A stretch of 64,000 bases of DNA. It comes from Laetmonice hystrix. Taxonomy: Eukaryota. The DNA is taken from contig OZ249447.1 in NCBI GenBank assembly GCA_965235115.1, positions 7,564,001 through 7,628,000 on the forward strand, read 5' to 3'. Position numbers and translations under genes: made by a program. Shown piece by piece: positions 54,101 to 64,000 of this stretch (positions within the stretch are counted from its first letter, which is position 1; each line of letters opens with the position of its first letter). The notes below the pieces were generated by a model. That model was not told the DNA's origin and did not search any database. It saw only the letters and a list, made by a program, of their open reading frames with translations.

Positions 54101-57100
54101 AGAAAATATTTGAGAAATTTCGTGTCGTGACATTTCGTAACATTCTCATACGAGATTTTTGTGTCACTGATTTTGCACACTGTGTTCAAAATGTGGAATT
54201 TAAGGGCACATAAAGATTAGGAGGTTTACATGATTTTGTTGAAGTTGTCCTGGAGGAAAGATGTTGACTGTTTGATAGGGTGTCCGATCATCTGGCTGTG
54301 GTTAGTTAGTATAAGAGATAAACTATGATCTGGGTGTGGGACCGATATCTGCGGTCGGCAGCAGCAGCAGAGGAAGCCTGGCGGGGTGTGAGTGGGTGTG
54401 CGGCTCACCGCAGGGTCACGGCAACGCTAGGGTCACAGTAAGAGGAGGGGTTGAGTGGGGTGATGAAGGTATGCGTGTGAGGGAGAGGAGGGCAAGTTGA
54501 AGGTATGAATACATGATAAACACTCTGAACATGTATCACGAGTTTTGTTTTTGAGAGTGAGATTCAAACAAAAGAAGAGAGATTTGTTGATTTCTGATAT
54601 TCTTGTATTAAATGTCAGGTACATATAGGCCTACTTTTGTAGAAGTAGTACAAAATATGTGATTTTAAAATACCTTGGGGACAGTGAATGTTCTGACGAA
54701 GAAAAAGGTGTGCATGCTGTTTCTTGGCTGGGTCGCTCTTGAGGAAGCTCATATGTAATTTGAAATATATATGTGTGAAAACTGCAGCTAGCTTATACAG
54801 GGGGAATTCCTAGGTCCTCTGTCCAGGTATCAATCAAACACGTTGGTTAGGTGGGACCCATAGAGGCATGCGGATTTCTGTTAGAAAGGAAACACTATAC
54901 AAGCAGAACCAGGTACCATATATTAGATAATCTGTGGTCTGGTTCTTACCTCAGCCGGAGTAAGGCTGCTCAGCATATTGTGGATTTTGTAGCGAGCTAC
55001 CCATGCCGCCTCCACACACGCACACCCATGCATCACTGCCTGGCCAGGCACGTGAAGCACGCCCATACAAAGCGCCACACGGCGGCATCTCTAGGAGTCT
55101 GAATCTCCTTTGTACCGGTATACCTCAGTTCATATACCTTCTCAAAAACTCATAAATATCCGCATGTATCTCATATTAACATCTCGTTTTTGTTTTTTTC
55201 CTCTTTAACGAATTTTTGCCATCTCGTTTTTACTGCGGGTTGGCCATCGGTCTGTCGGCAGAGCATGTCTTGATGCATACCATATTGACGCACTTTTAGG
55301 CGCATAAGTGAGCATGCGCCTATATCCGGGGCACTTTCTAATTTCCATCGTGAAAACCAATAGTCACATATAGGCGCACCCACCTGCGATGATGATTGGG
55401 TATGTTGTGTGTGTTACAGATGATGATTGGGTATGTTGTGTGTGTTACAGATGATGATTGGGTATGTTGTGTGTGTTACAGATGATGATTGTGTGTGTTG
55501 TGTGTGTTACAGATGATGATCGGGTATGTTGTGTGTGTTACAGATGATGATCGGGTATGTTGTGTGTGTTACAGATGATGATCGGGTATGTTGTGTGTGT
55601 TACAGATGATGATTGTGTATGTTGTGTGTGTTACAGATGATGAACGGGTATGTTGTGTGTGTTACAGATGATGAACGGGTATGTTGTGTGTGTTACAGAT
55701 GATGATCGGGTATGTTGTGTGTGTTACAGATGATGATTGGGTATGTTATGTGTGTTACAGATGATGATTGCGTATATTGCGTGTGTTACAGATGATGTTT
55801 GGGTATATTGCGTGTGTTACAGATGATGACTGGGTATGTTGTGTGTGTTACAGATGATGATTGGGTATGTTGTGTGTGTTACAGATGATGACTGGGTATG
55901 TTGTGTGTGTTACAGATGATGATTGGGTATGTTGTGTGTGTTACAGATGATGATTGGGTATGCTGTGTGTGTTACAGATGATGATTGTGTGTGTTACAGA
56001 TGGTGATCGGGTATGTTGTGTGTGTTACAGATGATGATTGGGTATGTTATGTGTGTTACAGATGATGATTGGGTATATTGCGTGTTACAGATGATGTTTG
56101 GGCATGTTGTGTGTGTTACAGATGATGATTGGGTATGTTGTGTGTGTTACAGATGATGATTGTGTGTGTTGTGTGTGTTACAGATGATGATCGGGTATGT
56201 TGTGTGTGTTACAGATGATGATTGTGTATGTTGTGTGTGTTACAGATGATGATCGGGTATGTTGTGTGTGTTACAGATGATGATTGTGTGTGTTGTGTGT
56301 GTTACAGATGATGATTGGGTATGTTGTGTGTGTTACAGATGATGATGGGGTATGTTGTGTGTGTTACAGATGATGATTGGGCATGTTGTGTGTGTTACAG
56401 ATGATGATTGGGTATGTTATGTGTGTTACAGATGATGATTGTGTGTGTTGTGTGTGTTAGAGGATGATTGGGTATGTTGTGTGTGTTACAGATGATGATT
56501 AGGTATGTTATGTGTGTTACAGATGATGATTGGGTATGTTGTGTGTGTTACAGATGATGATTAGGTATGCTGTGTGTGTTACAGATGATTGGGTATGTTG
56601 TGTGTGTTACAGATGATGATTGGGTATGTTGTGTGTGTTACAGATGATGATTGGGTATGTTGTGTGTGTTACAGATGATGATTGGGTATGTTGTGTGTGT
56701 TACAGATGATGATTGGGTATGTTGTGTGTGTTACAGATGATGATTCGGGTGTGGAGTCGGAGGCGGACAGTGAACTCTCACAGCGGGAAGATGACCGTTC
56801 AGCAGATAAACTCAACCAGCAGCCGACAGCGGCTCAGCAAGGTAAGTTGGACCACAGTGTTTGAAACACGTTACTTTTGGAGATATGTGGAAAAATGAGC
56901 ATGAAGATTTACCTCATTTTGTATACGGGTAGTTATAGTGGCATTCACAGGCATTACAACCTTTCCTTGACCGCTGTAATTTCAGTGGACAAATATTTTA
57001 TAAGTTGTTTTTAATCTATATATCTTTAAAAGAAAAGTAAGAAAACTGTCTTAATTTCATGGTTGCTATCTCCCTGACACGTAGCGTGCGTGGGGTTCCA

Positions 57101-60100
57101 CAGCGTTATCATAACATGAGAAGGGCCTCTTATTAGAGGTCTTAAATTGAACAAACCTTTTTCTGCGTTCCCGAGGCCATGACAAGTTTAACGTGAGGAA
57201 AACTGACAGTTTCTGGAAAAGCCGTTTGTTAAACAGTAAAGAAGCCTGAAAATCTGAATTGTTTCCTACATAACCTAAATACCTCTACCTAATTATACAA
57301 CATGTATGTTATTTAGATGTTTCTCTCTGTTTCTGTATCACCGTCTTTATATTCCCTTTTCTTACCTCCAATAAGGACAACGTTTCTTGATGATCACACG
57401 CCAGACGATTATCACAGTCACGTTGAGTGTCACTCTCTGATGCATGTAACATTGTATGGATGTGACACTTCATGATCTGTTTATTTCCTCACTCTAGATA
57501 AACCATAGATAGAGATAATGTTTCTTATCCCTCTAGGGTCTGGTAAGGAGACGGGTAGTGGAGCGGTTCTACCATCAGCTCAATCGCTGCCGTTTCCTCC
57601 AGGACCCCCTCCAGGAGCCTCTCCAGGACCCCCTCCAGGATCCTCTCCAGGACCCCCTCCAGGATCCCCTTCAGGACCCCCTCCAGAGCCCCCTGCAAGA
57701 CCCCCTGCAGGGTTCCCTCCAGGACCCCCTGCAGGGGCCCCTCCCGAGCCCACTCCAGGGCCAGGTATTCCTGAATGTGACTTAGTGCGGCCAGATCGTG
57801 AAGGAGACTTTCTGGAGGCAGTGAGTGCCGTGTCCGCGTCTTCATGTCAGACAGCGCCACCTAGGGAGGACAGGGGACACCGTCCGGATGCTCACGCTGA
57901 ACAATCTAAAGATGACTCTCCATTAGACCAGATTGTGAAATCAGAAAATCTCATGATCAAAACGGTTAAACCCTTGGAAGGCCATGAAGATAACAAAAAA
58001 TCCCGTTCAGAGGAACCGGAAAACCTGGGCAATGGCATTGTCCAGACAACAGCAGCGGATGTCGAGTCCGTACGTGTTGTGGAAGAGAAAGCCCTTCACA
58101 GTCGTCCAGTACAAGAAACCGTACAATCTGCAGTCAGTGATCCAGAACGCCATCTGGCGGCGTCTGTCTCCGTGACCAAGGCACACGGGCCTGAAGGGAG
58201 TGAAGACGTAAAAACAACGCAACACCGAGTCTCTGAAAAGGAAGATGAAAATGATATAAGAAAAGCTAAAGATGCATGCATCCCGGAAGAGGAACTCGAA
58301 TTGTCTGAGCATTATGACCTGTGTCAAGAACCAACAACGGGAGAATTACAGGAGACTTCTGTTGCCAATTCTAGGGAAGAGCTTACCCAACGTATTCCAG
58401 ACCAGGGAGAGTCCACGGTTGATATCCAAGACAGAACTAAAGATGACGTGGAGGTCGAACAAGTACATCGTACAGATTTGAAACAAACAGACAGTGACAG
58501 TAGTAGCTCCATCACAGTCCAGGAGGTCGAGACCAAAGTGGACACAACAGAAACAGCTGAACCTCAGGAGAAGGTGGCAGAGAAAGCGGCAGTAAATCAG
58601 CTTGTGAGTGAAGGAGAGATCAGAACATCTGGATCTGGCGGAAACCAAATTACACAGGAGTCTGATATAGAGATACTTGAACACCAACCAAGTACCAGTG
58701 ATGGAACAAACATCGTACAGTTGGAAAAGAAAGAGAGGCAACCAGTGGATGAAGATAAAGTCCAACAATCAACCAAACGACCAGAAACCGTTCCGGATTA
58801 TTCAACACATACCAGCGGGAAACTCTCATCAACTGATGTAACCATACTAGCGACGTCTGTGGATGAGGTACCAAGGGATGAACACTCTGCCGATGTTAGT
58901 GGTTCTGGCCCAGTGCCGTCAGATTCTGTGGATGAGGCACCAAGGGATGAACACTCTGCCGATGTTAGCAGTAGGTCCGGCGCAGTGCCGTCAGATTCTG
59001 TGGATGAGGCACCAAGGGATGAACACTCTGCCGATGTTAGCAGTAGATCCGGCGCAGTGCCGTCAGATTCTGTGGATGAGGCACCAAGGGATGAACACTC
59101 TGCCGATGTTAGCAGTAGGTCTGGCGCAGTGTCGTCAGATTCGGACCCTGAATTTGAACTCTGTGTTACAGGCCCTGATGATGGAGTGGGTGTTGAAATG
59201 TTCGTGTCGCCCAGTTTATCCGGAGGGACTGAGGCTGGCTCCCTGGAAGATGGTGTAGAACTGGATGTGATGGCAGTACCACGACCTCCGCCACCCACAC
59301 GTAACGTCTCTGGTACAAACCTTCTGGAACAGAACGGCCTGATGGGACACTCGGAGGAGATAGAGCGGAAGCTTGCCGCACGGGGGCAGCACCGTACGGA
59401 TTATGACCAGAGGGTGTCACCGCGTAGGAACAGAAAGCGACGTCATGAAGGAGAGACAGAGGGCAGCAATCCTTCTCCAAGTACTGGGCCGAGTCAGTGG
59501 ACCTCCGAGACAAGGGGTCAACGGAAATGTCGTATGACCTCGGAGACAATGGATCAGGATTCATCAAGTCCGGCCAGTCCGGAAAACATGATGGTTAAAA
59601 CAATGGAAGCGCATAGTGATATAACTGAGACAGACTCAATAGTTCAGGCATACCCAGACAGTGGCTCAAGTCTACTTGATAAAGCAGGTACTGGCACTGA
59701 AGGGGGAGTCGACACTGAAGGAACCTCTCAGAAAATGTTGATCTCAGATGTTGAAGATACGGCATCAGTGGAAGACCTCAGTTCAGAGAGAGATAGTGAG
59801 AAACAGGGAAACATTCCCAGACAAGTTTTGTTAAATGACGAAAACAGACCAGACAGTGAGAAGATTGATACGGAGACAGACAAAGAACATTTACAGAGTG
59901 ATGATGCTGTGATATTTCATCATAAGCCGGTGTTAACGGAACCCAAACCGGCGTCACCAAAACATGCGTCACCCAGACCGGCGTCACCCAGACCGGCGTC
60001 ACCAAGACCGGCGTCACCCAGACCGGCGTCACCAAGACCGGCGTCACCAAGACCGGCGTCACCAAGACCGGCGTCGCCAAGACCGGCGTCACCCAGACAG

Positions 60101-62793
60101 GCGTCACCCAGACAGGCGTCACCAAGACATGCGTCACCCAGACCAGTCGATTCAGGGCCGCCACATGAAGATTCGCCCCAGCGTCCCGGAGATGGGGCTG
60201 AACCCAGACCGGCGTCACCCAGACCGGCGTCACCCAGACCGGCGTCACCAAGACCGGCGTCACCAAGACTGGCCGACTCAGGGCCGTCACATGAAGATTC
60301 GTCCCAGCGTCCCGGAGATAGGGCTGAACCCAGACCGGAGTCTCCAAGACAGGCGTCACCCAGACCGGCGTCACCAAGACCGGCGTCACCCAGACCGGCG
60401 TCACCAAGACTGACCGACTCAGGGCCGTCACACGAAGATTCGTCCCAGCGTCCCGGAGATGCGTATAGTGAGAGCCAGGATAAAGAAACTGTGACTGCGA
60501 GAACTGACGGAGGAAAATCCAGAGCGATGTTTGATATACTCCCAGATGAGGATACAGACCGTGCGATGGAACTCCCAGATGAGGATACAGACCGTGCGAT
60601 GGAACTCCCAGATGAGGATACAGACCGTGCGATGAAACTCCCAGATGAGGATACAGACCGTGCGATGAAACTCCCAGATGAGGATACAGACCGTGCGATG
60701 GAACTCCCAGATGAGGATACAGACCGTGCGATGGAACTCCCAGATGAGGATACAGACCGTGCGATGGAACTCCCAGATGAGGATACAGACCGTGCGATGA
60801 AACTCCCAGATGAGGATACAGACCGTGCGATGGAACTCCCAGATGAGGATACAGACCGTGCGATGGAACTCCCAGATGAGGATACAGACCGTGCGATGGA
60901 ACTCCCAGATGAGGATACAGACCGTGCGATGGATGATGACGACATGGAAATACTTGCCCTCCATACTGACTACAGCCAGGGTCGACCACCCTATAGGTAT
61001 GAGGAGTCAGCCACATCGTTTGGTGCGGAGGGGAGTGACTCTGATGATTCAGGAGAGGATGGTGAATGTCAGGAAGGTGTGGATGATGATATTGAGGTAC
61101 TGAGAGTGACCGCTAACTCCTGCACCACGGGACCCACGTATTCACTGGTCGCTAACTATGACTCCCGCCTGTACACACACTACGAGGACGGCGAGCCCGA
61201 GGCTGGGGACGCTCACCCCACCAAGACGGGAACGCTGGAGGAGAGGCATGACGTTGAGAACGTGGAGGGCTGTCCTGGGGTCACCCTTGACCGTTCCGGG
61301 GATGCGGTCAAGGACAAAAAGGTGGTTGAAATGGGTTTGTTACTGGAGGAAGATACGGAGGAGAAAGATGAGAGCCATGTACTAGGAGTCCAAGACGATG
61401 ATATGAATATCGACTCAGACGATGATAGTTCCAGTAACGACACTGTCGTACTCCGGGAGCTGAGCTCGCCTCAGGGATCGGCAAATACCACTGAAGGCGC
61501 CACACGCTCATTAACCAACACAACGCCAGAGGGCGCATCGGGAGGTTCATTTCTCCCGCTAGGTGTCTCTCTAGTGACAGACATCTCGGCCGACGGAGAT
61601 CCAGACACACAACTGAGTGAAAAGCACGATCATGTTTCAAAAAGTACTGTCAATACTACAAAGGATGGTTATAGCCCTGGTGAAATGCAAAAGAACGATT
61701 ATTCTACTAACGAACAAATTCGCGAAACAGATGAATCATTAGCAACGGATGCCTTATCAACAGATAGTGATGCTTTCAGAGGTAACTACTTTGAGCATGC
61801 AGAATTGAATTAAGCATCTCCACGTGTGCTTGCAGTGCATCCAAACAATCGTTTTGATTGTGTTGGTGACTCCACCTCCCTTTATGACAGAAGCTTCCCG
61901 ACTCCACACAACCAGCGTTTTTGTTATCAAAGTCCTTCATTTTTGTCCCAATGCCAAGCTCTCTGTGCTTTTTCAGCCATGTTATTCTGTGTCAGTGTTA
62001 AGCTCTGTGATTGAAAACCGACTTAGGTGCATGAGTGCCAAATGATTTGAGCTGTTTTTGCTTATACCCCAGGATCACGACACCAGTGCATGGCTCTCTG
62101 GTATAATATATGTCATTCTTTGGTGAATTTCGAACGTTGGCCCCGCCTAGGTTTTAATACCCATAACAGCTGCTAATATAGTACATTACGTTATATATAA
62201 GTGGTTATTGTTAGGTTTTATTCTCTACATTTTGAATATTGGGATTAATGTGTAGAAGATAACTGCGGATTTATCAGAAAAGGTTATTGACTAATTCATT
62301 AGTCATTCTAGATTATCAGAACGAACAAAAGTAAAATTTTGACCTACTGAACCGGTAATCTTTTGAAATTCCAACCAATCTAGCAAAGATATCGGGGAAA
62401 GCAGAGTTTGTATTTAAGAAGTGGTTAAACAACAAATTAAATACATTCAAGGGCTTTCAATTGGTAACCGTCAGTTTCATTGTGTGACCTTGACCTCAAG
62501 AGACGATAATTTGTTGAATTATAACTGGTTCCTTTTCTTTTGTCATGTGGTGACAGAAAGATTTTCAATTCCTGACAGGTGCTGATGGCGATAACCATTG
62601 GCAGGAATTCCCAGAAGTGTCTGTGTCGCCAGAGGCAGCTGAGATGACGTTTGATAAATTCAAAACAAGCGAAGGAAGAATGACTTCAACAGAAGCGCAA
62701 ATTTTGACGGGGTTGTTAGTTACCAAGGACAACTCGCTCCTGGAGAAGACACTCGTCACAATCGCCAACGCCTCTGCTTTCAAGTACAATCAG
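51193..62793 (+). CDS. ARMC10: ARMC10/ARMCX-like protein: N-terminal TM anchor, very long disordered insert, start of the armadillo domain; continues beyond the window
   Basis: Exons 51193-51322 (MAASMLTRARVAGLLALGAGAVVFTVYIRYYHQRRRRRRK, a signal-anchor with a basic flank), 56737-56841, 57537-61781 and 62579-62793 (TEAQILTGLLVTKDNSLLEKTLVTIANASAFKYNQ, resembling the ARMC10 Arm repeat ..ERALITLGNNAAF..NQ). Phases are consistent. Orthology is inferred from motif recall only. Confidence 0.7.
53987..54033 (+). other. G-rich (GGGGGT)n tract, potential G-quadruplex
   Basis: gggtgggaatgggggtgggggtgggggtgggaatgggggtggggttggggg contains more than 8 G-runs. Confidence 0.6.
55388..56746 (+). repeat. 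31-bp minisatellite, ~44 copies, each carrying the acceptor and first bases of ARMC10-like exon 2
   Basis: Unit atgatgattgggtatgttgtgtgtgttacag. The final ttacag|ATGATGATTCGG at 56736 is the real exon start. Confidence 0.96.
58857..59140 (+). repeat. Coding 72-bp repeat x4 (SVDEAPRDEHSADVSSRSGAVPSD)
   Basis: Visible in both the DNA and the 1431-aa ORF. Confidence 0.92.
59946..60410 (+). repeat. Coding 15-bp repeat (RPASP, 22 units in three blocks) with a higher-order DSGPSHEDSSQRPGD spacer
   Basis: agaccggcgtcacc(a/c) units in blocks of 13, 4 and 5 pentapeptides. Confidence 0.92.
60536..60931 (+). repeat. Coding 33-bp repeat x12 ((E/K)LPDEDTDRAM)
   Basis: Unit gaactcccagatgaggatacagaccgtgcgatg. 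Confidence 0.95.
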
Positions 62794-62798
62794 GTTTG

Positions 62799-62875
62799 GA
62801 ACCTTTTCCCAACCTTTTCCCAACCTTTTCCCAACCTTTTCACAACGTTTCCACAACCTTTTCACAACCTTTTCC
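62799..62875. repeat. Degenerate 11-bp repeat (caaccttttcc) immediately after a donor
   Basis: About 7 copies starting 6 nt into the intron. Confidence 0.8.
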
Positions 62876-63890
62876 TGATGACCGTCCAGGTTTAAATGAA
62901 CAAGGGCATTGGAGGTCGGACCATTTTCTCTTCACCAGAGATCAAATGTTTAATCAACAAATGACATGGATGCAGGTTTTCCATAGATCCATTAATTGTC
63001 ATGAGTGGCAGTGTTTAGACAAACCTTTTTATAGGTCATATAACACCTGTGTCGGCCAAGAAGCTACCTTTAATACCAGCACAGAGGAGTGGACAGTTAT
63101 AATGTCACAGGTGGGAATTGCAGGTATTTTGGTGCTGCGTGTCGATTTGCTGATGTAGATGTGTTTCCTATACTTGGACCAACACTGGACTGGGACGGGA
63201 TAACATGATATATCGTATTCAGTGTACCTGTTGTTCCTGATATCGTGCTGGCTTTTCGAGGTTACCAAAAAGAAAATTATTGATCGCATTATGGATTTTT
63301 AGAAGTGATAGGAATTTATGTATACTGGTATGATTTTGTCAATATCCCAAGCTGTATGGATGTGAACCAACATACACACCAGCTTTCCTAGTCAGTAGAT
63401 TATTATTGTGATTGCCTCTGTTGCATATTGCTATCAATAATTTGTATATAGTTTTACATGACTGCTGTTAGAGTTCCACATTCATGTGTGATACATATAA
63501 AGTGATTTATTTGGAAGGTTGTATTGGTCGCAAGGTTAAATAGTGCACTGGTAGAAACAGGTTGCTGTAAACAAGTGATCACAGATTGCTTGTCCCAGAC
63601 CAGCTTGTTTACTATCCTCTGGTGAAAGTATAATGAGAAAAAGTTAAGACAATGGGCACAGTGAGAGAAATCAAATAGGATCTAATATATGATGAATAAT
63701 GTGTGTAAGAGTGCTGCCAGTATCAGCAGTGCCATGAGGCCTGCATGACCGCTCTGATTCCTGCAGTTTAATACGACTTGCCTGCTCTAACCAGCACTGT
63801 GACCGGGCCTGTCCTCCAATATTACCAGTGTCACCTAAGTACTGTAGGACCTGTGGAATAGCAATGCCAAAGCATATGCTCGCATTGGTC

Positions 63891-64000
63891 TCAGCAGCGT
63901 CCCAGGACCAGCGTACTGGTATCAGCAGCGTCCCAGGACCAGCGTACTGGTATCAGCAGCGTCCCAGGACCAGCGTACTGGTATCAGCAGCGTCCCAGGA
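63891..64000. repeat. 31-bp tandem repeat truncated by the window end
   Basis: Unit tcagcagcgtcccaggaccagcgtactggta. Confidence 0.9.

Noticed and set aside
59778-61016. 412-aa and 341-aa antisense ORFs within the giant exon
   Set aside because: A by-product of in-frame coding repeats lacking stops on the opposite strand. There is no independent gene signal.
62794-64000. Further ARMC10-like exons after 62793
   Set aside because: No open exon with armadillo-like sequence was found; the next exon probably lies beyond the window.

Overview
Eukaryotic genomic DNA from an invertebrate animal, rich in introns and tandem repeats; the species cannot be determined from sequence alone. There are no prokaryotic features. 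All exon coordinates were reconstructed by eye from splice signals and reading phase. Six protein-coding loci are supported: (1) the 3' half of SLC37A3 (+); (2) a type I membrane protein with C-type-lectin half-domains, about 15 EGF/cbEGF exons, a SEA-like region, EGF, TM and a short tail (+, 5' end unresolved); (3) a CRELD gene whose whole 13-exon module is duplicated in tandem and in frame, with two alternative terminal exons (two-TM versus soluble KVEL) and a perfect ERSE upstream (+); (4) SMIM29 (+); (5) MRPS25 (-); (6) an ARMC10/ARMCX-like gene head-to-head with MRPS25, containing a 4.2 kb repeat-rich exon (+, runs off the window). Most notable are the double CRELD, four 5' exons of the lectin/EGF gene whose domain halves lie in swapped order, about ten tandem arrays that copy splice sites into non-productive decoys, and strong enrichment of the palindromes TACATGTA and TAGGCCTA. 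Most long ORFs in the supplied track are repeat artefacts.
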